Source: Planctomycetia bacterium (GTDB lineage Bacteria; Planctomycetota; UBA8108; SXIK01). Taken from it: a stretch of 64,000 nt of DNA. The translations under genes were made by a program, and so were the position numbers. Positions 1-9,680 of this stretch are shown piece by piece. The notes beneath the pieces are model-generated. The model was not told where the DNA came from. It worked only from the letters and a program-made list of their open reading frames with translations, and did no database searches. Numbering within the stretch: the first letter of the stretch is position 1; each line of letters begins with the position of its first letter. The stretch lies in NCBI GenBank assembly GCA_005772855.1, contig SXIK01000158.1, positions 10,991 through 74,990 on the forward strand. Reading direction: 5' to 3'.

Positions 1-13
1 ACTCTCGCTGTGC

Positions 14-775
14 TCACTGCGTGCGGACCTTTCCCACTACAATCATTCGTTCGCTCCCGGGGTTGTAAGGTCCACCGCTGAAGTTCCCGAGCATTTTCTC
101 CGTTCTGAGGCCTGCTTCGTCAAGGAGTCTCGCAATCTCCTCGGGTGTGAACACTCTCACCGACTCGCGGTAGTGCTGAGTGGTACCATGGTGAACGTGT
201 AAAAGCTCAATCTGCTTCTCGATCCGCCGTCTAGTGGAGTCATAAGTTCTCGTCTCGAGAATATGGAACGGACCGGCTCTACGCTCCGTGCGCGGCGCCA
301 GCGTACTGATCGCTGTATCCGCGTTCATGAGGTCCAGAGCGAAGCGGCCGCCGGGCCTCAAAACACGGGCGATCTCGTGAGCTGCCTGTAGGTTCTCTCG
401 GTCGGAATCGAAGTAACCGAAGCTTGTGAAGAAGTTGACGACGACGGAGAAGCCATGAAGGCCGCCGAGAAACGGGAGTGCTCTCATGTCGGCGCAGACT
501 ACTTGCCGCCCGGGCCTCATTGGCACTTGCAGGAGCAGAGCCCTCGAGAGATCGACTCCCACTGCCTGGATGCCATGCCGTGCAAAGGCCGAAAGGTGTC
601 GGCCATGGCCGCAGCAAAGATCGAGTACGCGATCGCCGGCATCAATTCCCAACACGTGAATCACGGCTTCGGCCTCAAGGTCGGCTTGTCGTTGATCTCG
701 GCCCTGGTAGATGATGCGGTAGTCCTTGCCAAAGTGCTGACGGAACCAGGGCGTGCCAGAATCGTTCGCTTGCAT
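14..775 (-). CDS. Class I SAM-dependent methyltransferase
   Basis: 253-aa ORF with glycine-rich SAM-binding motif VLDLCCGHGRH and downstream acidic residue pattern typical of Methyltransf_11/25 family. Confidence 0.8.
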   Translation of the reverse strand: MQANDSGTPWFRQHFGKDYRIIYQGRDQRQADLEAEAVIHVLGIDAGDRVLDLCCGHGRHLSAFARHGIQAVGVDLSRALLLQVPMRPGRQVVCADMRALPFLGGLHGFSVVVNFFTSFGYFDSDRENLQAAHEIARVLRPGGRFALDLMNADTAISTLAPRTERRAGPFHILETRTYDSTRRRIEKQIELLHVHHGTTQHYRESVRVFTPEEIARLLDEAGLRTEKMLGNFSGGPYNPGSERMIVVGKVRTQ

Positions 776-939
776 GGGGACTGAAGTATAATCTCACCTG
801 TGCCTGGGTCGGTCGTCTTCTTGACTGGAGGCTGATTGTCCGCTAAACGATTCCGAGGTTGTGTCCCTCGCAGAGTGGCCCTTGAACAACCTCAGAAATT
901 GAGCACTTCCTGCCGATAAACGAATACGAAAGGTGCCCC

Positions 940-1233
940 ATGTCCCTGACGATCAACTACCCCGACAAGATCATTGGTGGCCTCAATCAGTCCTATACGC
1001 TTCTTTCCGACGAAGGTACTCCGACGGGTAAGGTGTCCGTCGAAGGAACGGAACTGCCTCACCGAGTGATTCTCCTGGGGCCACCCAAGGACTCCAAGGA
1101 GAGCACGACCCTACTCTGCAAGTACAAGGTGTCTTTTCTCCTGCCCAGGGACGCTGTGGGCAAGAACGTTAGGTTTCAGTTCCAGGCCGGGTCTTCCAGG
1201 GTGGAGGAGTCGAAGCCAGTGACGGAGTTCTGA
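940..1233 (+). CDS. Hypothetical small protein (97 aa)
   Basis: ORF preceded by AAAGG-type RBS. Stop lies 6 nt before the next gene, suggesting co-transcription. No recognisable domain. Confidence 0.4.
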   Translation: MSLTINYPDKIIGGLNQSYTLLSDEGTPTGKVSVEGTELPHRVILLGPPKDSKESTTLLCKYKVSFLLPRDAVGKNVRFQFQAGSSRVEESKPVTEF

Positions 1234-1239
1234 GCGCAC

Positions 1240-2508
1240 TTGGCGGAAGTCCTACCCTTTCAGGCCGTCCTCTTCCGGCCGGACACTCCCGAACTCGCGC
1301 AGTGGACTTCTGTCGCCAGCGAGCCTCTTTCGCGGTGCAGCGCCAGGGGTTCAGACTACAAGCTTCTTGTAGAAGTAGCTTCGCAGGCTACCTCTGCAGA
1401 AAGTCCTCCGGTGCCCGCACTGGAAGACGAGGCCGAGGAGGACCTACTCTTCATCGATGAGAAGAAGGGGTTCTTTGTCTATCGCCAGGAGTTTCGAACC
1501 GAAAGCGGGCTCGACAAGAGCCGCCTGGGCCTCATGGCCCTTCTCAACCCCGATGGTGATTTGTCAGGGCTCGTCCACGCAACGCAAGATACTGAGCCCT
1601 ATGGAGTCGAGCGCTGCGCACAGGAAATAGCAGGGAGCAGCCTGCAGCTCAACCCGATCATTGCAACCATCGAGGACCTCAAGTTTGACCTTGAAAAGCT
1701 GCTAGAGCAGGGCATATCGCTTCGTGAGCAGCCGGATATCTCCCTGGACCTCCAGCAAGGTGATCGGCACCGGCTCTGGAAGATCGAGGACCCCGCTCTC
1801 ATGGGCAAGATATTGGAACTCTTCCGAGGGAAGGAGTGCTTCCTTCTCGATGGACTCCACTCGTATCGAGCCCTTCGCCGGTTCTGCTCCGAATCGCCGC
1901 CTGCCCCCTTGGCCGTCTTCTACAACCTCTTTGACTTTGGTGTCAGCTTGAGCGCCGCGACGGTGCTCGTCAAGGAGATCGCTGATTTCAGAATCAACGA
2001 CGTCGCGCTCCGGATGCACACGTTCTTCGAGACCAAGACGTATCCTTTTGCTAGCTTGCAGCATCTTCCAAGGGCTCTGACCGACTTCCGCGAAGATCTT
2101 CGCATCCGCGGATTCACTGAAAATGTTGTCGGGGCCTGTTTCACCGGCATCGACCACTTTTTTCTTTTCCAGCTTCGTGAGAACGTGAACCGCACGAAGG
2201 TGTTCCTCCCCGACGTGAAGCAGCCACTTCAGGATTTCGACTCGGTGCTGCTCCGGCGTGTCGTCCTGGAAGAGTATCTGGGTGTCAGTGCCGCGGCCGG
2301 AGCGCTCGAGTACACGTGGTCGGTCGAGGAAGCGGTGGCCGCGGTGCGCTCCGGAAAATTTGAGGCGGCGTTTTTCACCAATCCGCCCAACAAGCGCAAG
2401 CTCCTGGGCCTGGCCAAGGCAGGATTTCGCCTCCCGCCGGGTGCGGCGCGGCTGGAGCCGCCTGTGCGCAGCCGGCTGGTCATGGCGGGGGTAGGACGGA
2501 AGTTGTAA
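1240..2508 (+). CDS. DUF1015-like protein
   Basis: TTG start. N-terminus MAEVLPFQAVLFRP and internal LDGLHSYRAL resemble the conserved N-terminus and ADGHHR-like motif of DUF1015 proteins. Length 422 aa fits the family. Confidence 0.5.
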   Translation: MAEVLPFQAVLFRPDTPELAQWTSVASEPLSRCSARGSDYKLLVEVASQATSAESPPVPALEDEAEEDLLFIDEKKGFFVYRQEFRTESGLDKSRLGLMALLNPDGDLSGLVHATQDTEPYGVERCAQEIAGSSLQLNPIIATIEDLKFDLEKLLEQGISLREQPDISLDLQQGDRHRLWKIEDPALMGKILELFRGKECFLLDGLHSYRALRRFCSESPPAPLAVFYNLFDFGVSLSAATVLVKEIADFRINDVALRMHTFFETKTYPFASLQHLPRALTDFREDLRIRGFTENVVGACFTGIDHFFLFQLRENVNRTKVFLPDVKQPLQDFDSVLLRRVVLEEYLGVSAAAGALEYTWSVEEAVAAVRSGKFEAAFFTNPPNKRKLLGLAKAGFRLPPGAARLEPPVRSRLVMAGVGRKL

Positions 2509-2528
2509 CGAAGTCAGGCTCCACTGCG

Positions 2529-4100
2529 CTACCCGCTTTCCTGAGGTCCGCGCACCGAGTGCTGGACCTTGCGCTCCGCGTCTTCCAGCCGGGTCGAGAG
2601 CTCGATCGAATCGGCTGGAACGAAGGCGTCTCGTTGCTGAACCGTGTTCCGCGCCTGCTGAAGCAAATCTTTCCAATCGGTCAAGATTGCCTGAGGATCG
2701 CGCGCAAACCACTGGAGCGAGCTGTGGATCTTCACCCGGCGGGTTGCGCAGGCGGCAACGGGAGCGTACCGCTCGATGATGGACACGGCCTCGTGCGCCA
2801 GATCGTCACGACTCGTTTCCGGACGGGCAATGAAAGCCGGGAAGGCAAGGAACAGTGTGGCCGAGAGAGCCACGAGCCCCCCCAAGTACCTTCGCAAGCC
2901 GCGCCCCTGCTTTTGAACGTGCTCGAAGATCCGGGGATCAGTCTCTGCCTGCGCCAGGATCTCGAGTCGCTCTTGAATGCTCAGGTGTCTCCAGCTCTTG
3001 AGTTTCGCCGATGGGCCCGTCAGATCCGCGATTTCACGGAGGGCTGAGGCGTAGACGCCAGGCCCGACTGCCTTCGCTGCTACCAGATCGGCCTCCGTCT
3101 CGAGTCGACGGGAAACTGCTCCGAACAGAAAGATCCAGTAGACGAGTCCGTAGGTGCCGATGATGCCCAACGAAACGCTTCGGGGCAGGTCGCCCGTGGC
3201 TGCACCCAGGGGGGGCACGGAGAGAAGAAACACGACACCGAGCCCAGCGAATGAAGAGATGTGGTGCCTCGAGAGGTGCGCAAGCTCATGGCAGAAGACC
3301 GCGAACAGTTGATCTGGGCCAAGCAGGCGCAGGATTCCGCTGGTGAAGATCACTCCTCTGGTGCCCGGGCAGACTCCAAAAGCGCAGGCGTTGACAACGT
3401 GACGTGTCCGTTTGCCTGAGACGCGAATCGCAAGCCTACCGGTTCGTGCCACGATGGCAGCCCTTTCCATGGCTTCGCGGAGCTTGCCCTGGGGGAAGGG
3501 TCTTGTCGGCAACAGAATACGAATCAAGAGTGGAGAGGCAGCGAGTAGCAGGAGAAACGCAATCGCGCAGAGGGCCACCGGAGCTCCAGGGTGGAGCATC
3601 CTTCCTCGTTCGAAGAAGGCACTCGACTCTATCCAGTCCGCGATCCCCACGAACAAGCCCAGGAGCGCTGCCGGCACGACGAGGATCCGGGCGTGATACC
3701 CGAGCCACTGACAGTAGTCTTCACTGCTCCCTTCCAGGCGAGCCCCGGCGTCTTGCGCTCGGCGATGGATCCATGGTGATGCCCACAGCGCGCAGGATGC
3801 CGCCGGCAACAGCAGAAGGCCGAGCGACGGAAGGGGCCTTCCCATCCATCCAAGATCGTGAAGGCTCCACGCCGCGTACCCGAGTGGATAGGTGACGGCG
3901 GCATCTACAAGAAGAAAAATGGCAAGTCGGAGCCAGCCTTGAAACCGCCAGCGGCAGCGGATCGCGAGGCCATCAACCCACGGATAGGCCGCCATGAGCA
4001 TTACCCACAGGAGTGGACGGGGCCTCGCCTCGAAATCGAGGAGCTCCGTACCCACGGCGATCGCAAGCGTGCCCGCAAATGCGATGAGGAGATGAATCAC
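2529..4100 (-). CDS. M48-family (HtpX-like) integral-membrane zinc metallopeptidase
   Basis: HExxH (CHELAHL) plus downstream ETEAD glutamate motif. Multiple hydrophobic TM segments. Start overlaps stop of upstream lipoprotein gene (ATGA). Confidence 0.8.
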   Translation of the reverse strand: MIHLLIAFAGTLAIAVGTELLDFEARPRPLLWVMLMAAYPWVDGLAIRCRWRFQGWLRLAIFLLVDAAVTYPLGYAAWSLHDLGWMGRPLPSLGLLLLPAASCALWASPWIHRRAQDAGARLEGSSEDYCQWLGYHARILVVPAALLGLFVGIADWIESSAFFERGRMLHPGAPVALCAIAFLLLLAASPLLIRILLPTRPFPQGKLREAMERAAIVARTGRLAIRVSGKRTRHVVNACAFGVCPGTRGVIFTSGILRLLGPDQLFAVFCHELAHLSRHHISSFAGLGVVFLLSVPPLGAATGDLPRSVSLGIIGTYGLVYWIFLFGAVSRRLETEADLVAAKAVGPGVYASALREIADLTGPSAKLKSWRHLSIQERLEILAQAETDPRIFEHVQKQGRGLRRYLGGLVALSATLFLAFPAFIARPETSRDDLAHEAVSIIERYAPVAACATRRVKIHSSLQWFARDPQAILTDWKDLLQQARNTVQQRDAFVPADSIELSTRLEDAERKVQHSVRGPQESG

Positions 4101-4708
4101 TGGGAATCGACGAATCGAAAGAAGGCCAACTTGGCGTCCCTCCAGATCTGCACCTGGGGCAGCTCGGGTGAAACCTTCGCCGGATCAGCACCCCTCGGGG
4201 GGACTGCGGTGAGGGGTCTTGAGAGCACGGGGCGCTTGAAAATCCAGGTTTGCGCTCCTGTCCGGAGCAGGAAATAGGGTTCGTCCTTCGGTCGTTCCGT
4301 TCCCTTCGTAACGGGAAGCTGGAAGAGTCCGGTCGTTTCGAGTGCACTCCAGAGGAGCTGAAACTTCTGGGGCGTTAGCACGCGGCGTGAACCAGCCTGT
4401 GTTTTTCTGAGCATTCGAGCGATTGCCTGTCGCATCTCGCGATCCGAGACCGCGTCGCCCTGTCCGACACCCTCGATAGTGCCGGTAAAGGTATGAACCG
4501 GATGCTCCTCGGCCAAGGCCTCATCGGAGGCCGTGGTGTACACCTGAAACACAGGCATCGTCTTCACTTTGCTGAGGCCTTGCTGCGGCACGGGCTCAGC
4601 GTAAAGGATCGTCCCGTCGAGCGGAGCGGTGGCAGGAAAATTGGCAGCTTTTCCGCCCCTTACTTCAGGGCTGCCACATGCAGAGGACAGCAGTGCCACC
4701 ACCAACAT
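4097..4708 (-). CDS. Lipoprotein, function unknown
   Basis: Internal Met of the 363-aa track ORF is followed by MLVVALLSSACGS, a signal peptide with lipobox L-S-S-A-C. The N-terminal 160 aa of the track ORF is low-complexity and overlaps PilZ in another frame, so it is treated as spurious. Confidence 0.55.
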   Translation of the reverse strand: MLVVALLSSACGSPEVRGGKAANFPATAPLDGTILYAEPVPQQGLSKVKTMPVFQVYTTASDEALAEEHPVHTFTGTIEGVGQGDAVSDREMRQAIARMLRKTQAGSRRVLTPQKFQLLWSALETTGLFQLPVTKGTERPKDEPYFLLRTGAQTWIFKRPVLSRPLTAVPPRGADPAKVSPELPQVQIWRDAKLAFFRFVDSQ

Positions 4709-4728
4709 CGCTGTTCGGCATGCCGTGA

Positions 4729-5127
4729 TCAACGAGTGATTTGCGCCTTGATGATGTACTTCAAGATCTCGTCCTGGTGCTCTTTTGAGATCTCCTTGAA
4801 GCGAAGCCCCATTCCGCACTTGTCGCTGCCCTTTTCGAAAGCCTCGACCCAACTGATTCGAGCCAGTGCCTTCAAGGGTACATCGACGTTGGGAAGAAGA
4901 AGGTTGATGCCCAGGAGGATTTCTCCCATGAGGAGCCCGGGGATCCAGCTCATTCCGGGGACCTTGCCGAAGAGTAAAAGACCACTGCCGCTGAGGTTGC
5001 ACGTGGTGCCTTCGTAGATGCCTTCCGATTCTACTGGTATGGAGCGGCTCAGGAACTTGTATCGCACCGGAATGTCGGTATGGATTTTTATAAAATCGCG
5101 TTTTTCGATGGTTTGATTGGTGCTCAT
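4729..5127 (-). CDS. PilZ domain protein (putative c-di-GMP receptor)
   Basis: 132 aa. KRDFIK (degenerate RxxxR) followed about 30 aa later by NLSGSG (D/NxSxxG), the two PilZ c-di-GMP binding motifs. Confidence 0.65.
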   Translation of the reverse strand: MSTNQTIEKRDFIKIHTDIPVRYKFLSRSIPVESEGIYEGTTCNLSGSGLLLFGKVPGMSWIPGLLMGEILLGINLLLPNVDVPLKALARISWVEAFEKGSDKCGMGLRFKEISKEHQDEILKYIIKAQITR

Positions 5128-5259
5128 TCAAAGGCTCCGAGCCCTCTGCCTGGGAGGGCTTACTGACTATTCGGAAAGGTGCCGACATTTCTTAAATCTC
5201 TGTTGTTCTTGTCAGAACGCTGACCAGGGTCCGTCGCGATTCTGCGTACGTACTTTACT

Positions 5260-6282
5260 TTATCGTCGACGTACCAGTGCAGCCTCGTCGATTCCCAGCC
5301 GCGAGCAAAGGGGCTCGATCTCGCGCAAGAAGCGACGGGCGTCAAGCGCGTACCCCGCTGTGGGCTTCAAATCGGCCCGGTGTTCTTTCCAGAAACGATT
5401 CAAAAGGATCATGTGCGCCTCGCGCAGATACTTGGAAAGCATGGAGGCCAGCGCCACAGGAAGGCACAGCTCCTCACAATCCGTGGCGAATACCACGCGA
5501 AAACTCGAAGCGGCTTTATCGGTCCTCTCGCGGCAGAGTTCGTACACCGAAAGGTCCTCCGTTTCCTTCTCTATCCGAATGCTCCTGGGCCGAACTTTCT
5601 CGAAGAGGGGCCGAGCATAGTGCATCCGCCCGCCTTGCCGATCGACGTGGACCTCGACATCCTCTCCCGGGAACTGTTTCCAAACTCGGCGGATGAAGCT
5701 CGAAACCGCCTCGAAGGAGACCTTGGCCTTGTTCTCCAGTTCCTGGAGGCTCCTGTTGAGCTCCAGCACGTCCATTGGCCATGCGGCGAGCCCAAGCACT
5801 TCGACACCAGCTGCATCGAGCGTCGAGCGCAAGAGCGTCGAGCGCTTCTCGATGATGTTTGTGAAGGTGTCGACTGGAAGATCAACATTTCGACCACGAT
5901 ACCAGGGATACTCGTCGAGATACTGGTCGGCGGTTTGAGCCTTGGCGCCCGCGCTTCTGACGCCTCGCCGTGCCACCAACTGCAGAAGCGCCCGCAGGTC
6001 TCGCGGAGTTGAGCCGTGTTTCAATCTTACAAAGGCAAGGACTGCTTCCTCGAGGTTCCGCAGTCCCTTTTTTTGGTTGAAGAGTTTCTTCGAATCGTTG
6101 ACCGCAATGCGGGTCTTGTCGGGCTTGCGAGTGATGGCCAGGCTCAACGCCTCCCAGAGATCGGGAAGGCAACCCGTCGTCGGCCTTGCCGGAGTGCCTG
6201 GCACGCGGAATACGCTGGCTGAAACCACAAGCGGCCCAAGCGTGGGGCCATAACCGGCTTCGTCAATGCCCGCCAGGATCAT
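5260..6282 (-). CDS. Ribonuclease HII-like protein with a large internal insertion
   Basis: N-terminus GIDEAGYGPTLGPLVV (RNase HII DEAGRGP motif), DSKKL motif, C-terminal TD...ALASMLSKYLRE matching the RNase H2 catalytic Asp / AASIlAK region. At 340 aa it is about 130-170 aa longer than canonical RnhB. Confidence 0.6.
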   Translation of the reverse strand: MILAGIDEAGYGPTLGPLVVSASVFRVPGTPARPTTGCLPDLWEALSLAITRKPDKTRIAVNDSKKLFNQKKGLRNLEEAVLAFVRLKHGSTPRDLRALLQLVARRGVRSAGAKAQTADQYLDEYPWYRGRNVDLPVDTFTNIIEKRSTLLRSTLDAAGVEVLGLAAWPMDVLELNRSLQELENKAKVSFEAVSSFIRRVWKQFPGEDVEVHVDRQGGRMHYARPLFEKVRPRSIRIEKETEDLSVYELCRERTDKAASSFRVVFATDCEELCLPVALASMLSKYLREAHMILLNRFWKEHRADLKPTAGYALDARRFLREIEPLCSRLGIDEAALVRRR

Positions 6283-6356
6283 GGGAGCATAGGGTAGGGA
6301 ACTGACTATAATCAGGCAAGCCCCAAAGGGGCGTCGTCGATGGAATAAGGAATAGA

Positions 6357-9272
6357 ATGAAAAATTTGCTTGCGTTGTTCACCCTGCGAAAGTTCACCCT
6401 TGTGGTGGCGTGCTGCATCTTCCCAAAATTCGATCGACTTGAAGCGTTCGGGGACGACTCCAGTGACGGCAAGGTTGACACGGAGGGGACCCTCGGCAGA
6501 CCCACTCTCTCCGACCCGGCCAGGGCGCTCAGGTCGGGCAACTACGCCGAGGCTGTGGAAGGGTTTCGCAAGGAGATCGAGTCAAAGTCTACTTCAGCGG
6601 CTGTCCGAGGCCTCGCCGAGGCGCTGGCGGCACAGGGAAAGTACACCGAGGCCGTGGAGACGCTCAAGGAGTCGAGTGGTCTTTCGAAGTCTGCCGATCT
6701 GCTTTCCATGTTCGGGAGAATTCAGCTTCGCCTGGGTGCGCTCGGCGAGGCCGAAAAGGCTTTCCGGGACGCGCTCAAGCTCGACGAGGGGCACATCGAG
6801 GCCTTGAATCGTCTTGGCGAGACTCTCACGAAGAGAGGTAAGGCCGATGAGGCCAAGAGATTCTGGGAAGCGATCGTCGCGATCTATGAGCAAATGGACT
6901 CAGGCGCTGCAGAAAAAGTCTTGCCGGAGAGCTTTGTGGAGATGGGGTTGGCGCTTGTGGGCCTCAACAGGTTCAAGGAAGCCAACGACGTCATGTTCTC
7001 GAGCGCACGGGACAAGGACCCCAAGAACCCTGCGTTGTTGCTCGAGTCAGGGCGGATCTTGATGTCGAAGTACAACTACCCCGATTCACGAGATGAGCTG
7101 AAGGCCGCGATTGCTGAGAACCGCCATTTTGCAGATGCGCTGGTTGCCCTGGCTGACAACTATATGGTCGACTTCCAGGTGGGAACGAAGCGTTACGAGC
7201 TTGCTGAGAAGTATGTCAATGAGGCCTTGAAGGTCCATCCGCGGCACTCCGACGCCCATGTTGTCCGGGGTAGCCTGGAGTGGAGCAATGGGAATATTCC
7301 CGCTGCCGCCGAGAGCTTCAGCAGGGCTATTGGCTTTGATCCTTCAAACATTCGGGCCCGTGGGTTGCTGGCTGCCTGCCATTACCTCGATGCCGACGAA
7401 GTGTCCCTCAAGAAGGCCGGGGTGGAGGCGCTTGCGGTCAACCCCAGGGCGGCGGAGTTCTTCCACTCCATTGCGCTAGCGATCGAGACGAAATTTCGAT
7501 ACAAGGACAGTGTCCGATTCTCGGATCGGGCGCTGGAGCTCGATCCTGAATATTGGCCAGCCTATGTGACGCTTGGCATCAACTGCCTGCGGACAGGGGA
7601 GGAGGAGCGTGGCCGCAAGTTCCTCGAGAAGTCCTGGGAGCGCGACAAATTCAACGTCTGGGTCTACAACACGCGCCTGCTGCTCAAGCACATGGATACC
7701 CATTACAGAGAGTTGAAGACGGACAACTTCGTTTTCAAGTTCCCCAAGGCGGACTATGACGAGCTCTCCCTGTACCTTGTGCCGCTCCTCGAGGAGGCTT
7801 TTACCAGGCTCTCCGCCCACTACAAGACCGAAATTGCGAAGCCTGTTCGCGTTGAGGTCTTCTCCGAGCACAAGTGGTTTTCGGCGAGAACTGTGGGGCT
7901 GGAGGGCTTTGCGGCGTCGGGCGCCTGTTTCGGCAATCTCGTCACTCTCACGACTCCGAAGGCTCTGCCCCAGAACTGGGGGGCCGTGGCCTGGCACGAG
8001 TTCGCGCACGTCGTGGCCTTGGCGATGACGAAGCACCGCGTTCCAAGGTGGCTCACGGAAGGCCTGAGCGTCTTCGAGGAGGGCCGAGACCGGCCGCGCT
8101 GGGCTCGCGGCTTCGAGAGGGACATGGCCGACGCCTACGCCTCAGGGCGACTTCTGCCCATTGCCGAGCTTGACTTTGGTTTCTCGAAGCCCAAGTATCC
8201 GAATCAGATCTTGAACTCCTACTACCAGGGTTGCCTGATCACCCAGTACATCAAGGAAAACTGGGGGTTTGACGCGATCCTGGGCATTTTGAAAGGCTTT
8301 GGCGACAACAAGGGGATCACCAGGATCTTCCAGGAGGTCCTCGGACAGTCCCTCGAGCAGTTCGACAAGGGTTTTTTCGCCTTTGTGGCGGGCTGGATAG
8401 AGAAGAACGGCTATGAGCCCATCATTGCAGAAGACAGGGTGGGGGTGCTTCAGGCTGCGGTCGAGCTGGATCCAACGAGCGTGAGGAATCTCCTCGATTT
8501 GGCGTGGGCTTATCTGACGAGTGGCAACGAGGTCGACGGGTCCCTCACGGCAGTCAAGGTCCTTGAGCTCGATCCGGCGAACGCCGATGCGCACGCGATC
8601 CTGGGCTTCGACGCCCTGCGGCAGAAGAACAACGCCAAGGCGAAGCAAGAGCTGACGAAGGCGCTGGAGGGTAAGACGCGCTTTCAGTTTCGAGTGCTTT
8701 CTGCGCTGGGCACCATCGCCCAGAAGAATGGGGACAAGGACGGTGCGATTGAATTCCTCGAAAAAGCTATCAAGACCTCGCCTCGTGCCGGGGCGGGTTA
8801 TCCGCCAGGGAAGAACACCTACTATCAGCTCTCCGCTCTTTACAATGAACAGGGCAAGGAAGATCTGGCGATTCAGCTCCTGGAAGAGCTGGCCGAGTTT
8901 TCCGTGGAGGACGCCAAGTGTCGCCAAAGGATTGTCAATCACTACATGAAAAAGGAGGGTGAAGAAGCTGCCCGGAAGGCCCGCAAGGCTCTTGAAGACT
9001 TGATCTTCCTGGACCCTTTCACCCAGAGCACGCACGAGTTCCTGGCCCGAACGGCCGTCAAGCTGGGTGATCACGACGTCACGATTCGGGAGTACACTTA
9101 CCTCCTCAAACGTCCCGAGACGAACCCCAGAAACGCTTACCTCGCGCTCGCAAGGGCCTATGCTGCCAAGGGGAAAAAGGAGGATGCGGCAATGTACGCG
9201 AGGAAAGTGCTCGGTCTCGATGCCGACAACCTGGAGGCGAAGGAGATTCTGGAGAAGCTAGGCGGAGAGTAG
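6357..9272 (+). CDS. TPR-repeat protein with embedded gluzincin (MA clan) peptidase-like domain
   Basis: 971 aa. N-terminal hydrophobic signal/anchor, many TPR-like helical repeats, central WHEFAHV (HExxH) followed by WLTEGLS (third-ligand Glu) typical of MA-clan peptidase domains. Confidence 0.7.
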   Translation: MKNLLALFTLRKFTLVVACCIFPKFDRLEAFGDDSSDGKVDTEGTLGRPTLSDPARALRSGNYAEAVEGFRKEIESKSTSAAVRGLAEALAAQGKYTEAVETLKESSGLSKSADLLSMFGRIQLRLGALGEAEKAFRDALKLDEGHIEALNRLGETLTKRGKADEAKRFWEAIVAIYEQMDSGAAEKVLPESFVEMGLALVGLNRFKEANDVMFSSARDKDPKNPALLLESGRILMSKYNYPDSRDELKAAIAENRHFADALVALADNYMVDFQVGTKRYELAEKYVNEALKVHPRHSDAHVVRGSLEWSNGNIPAAAESFSRAIGFDPSNIRARGLLAACHYLDADEVSLKKAGVEALAVNPRAAEFFHSIALAIETKFRYKDSVRFSDRALELDPEYWPAYVTLGINCLRTGEEERGRKFLEKSWERDKFNVWVYNTRLLLKHMDTHYRELKTDNFVFKFPKADYDELSLYLVPLLEEAFTRLSAHYKTEIAKPVRVEVFSEHKWFSARTVGLEGFAASGACFGNLVTLTTPKALPQNWGAVAWHEFAHVVALAMTKHRVPRWLTEGLSVFEEGRDRPRWARGFERDMADAYASGRLLPIAELDFGFSKPKYPNQILNSYYQGCLITQYIKENWGFDAILGILKGFGDNKGITRIFQEVLGQSLEQFDKGFFAFVAGWIEKNGYEPIIAEDRVGVLQAAVELDPTSVRNLLDLAWAYLTSGNEVDGSLTAVKVLELDPANADAHAILGFDALRQKNNAKAKQELTKALEGKTRFQFRVLSALGTIAQKNGDKDGAIEFLEKAIKTSPRAGAGYPPGKNTYYQLSALYNEQGKEDLAIQLLEELAEFSVEDAKCRQRIVNHYMKKEGEEAARKARKALEDLIFLDPFTQSTHEFLARTAVKLGDHDVTIREYTYLLKRPETNPRNAYLALARAYAAKGKKEDAAMYARKVLGLDADNLEAKEILEKLGGE

Positions 9273-9680
9273 CGAGAAAACTCCGCTTTCCTGGGATCTT
9301 TGGTAGCGCCCTGACAGCCCGTGCGCTGCATGTCTTGCTGTATGGCCTTCATGCGCACGCTGTATAGATTCGATACATGTACGTGTCGAGTGTCTATTTG
9401 GATGACTTGGTTGTAAGTCTTTTTCTGGATTTAGCTTAAATGCCTTGATGTGGTTACGGCTCGCCGTTTGCTCGTGGGAAGCGACGTACCGAATCCAGCC
9501 TTCTCGTGGGCCTGGAATCCATGCCCCCCGGGGTGGGCCTTCAGCCCAGGGTCGATACAGAAGGCCATCCAGGCTGCTGGGTTGGGCTCACCCACAATCT
9601 TTTCTTGGTCAAGACATTCAGCTTCGAACCCCGGGAAGCCCGTGCGCCCGGAAGTCCCGTACCGGAGGTTTCTTTGCGCC

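Noticed and set aside
4097-5188. 363-aa track ORF spanning the PilZ gene region
   Set aside because: The N-terminal about 160 aa is low-complexity and overlaps the well-supported PilZ ORF in another frame. The real gene starts at the internal Met with a lipoprotein signal peptide (called 4097-4708).
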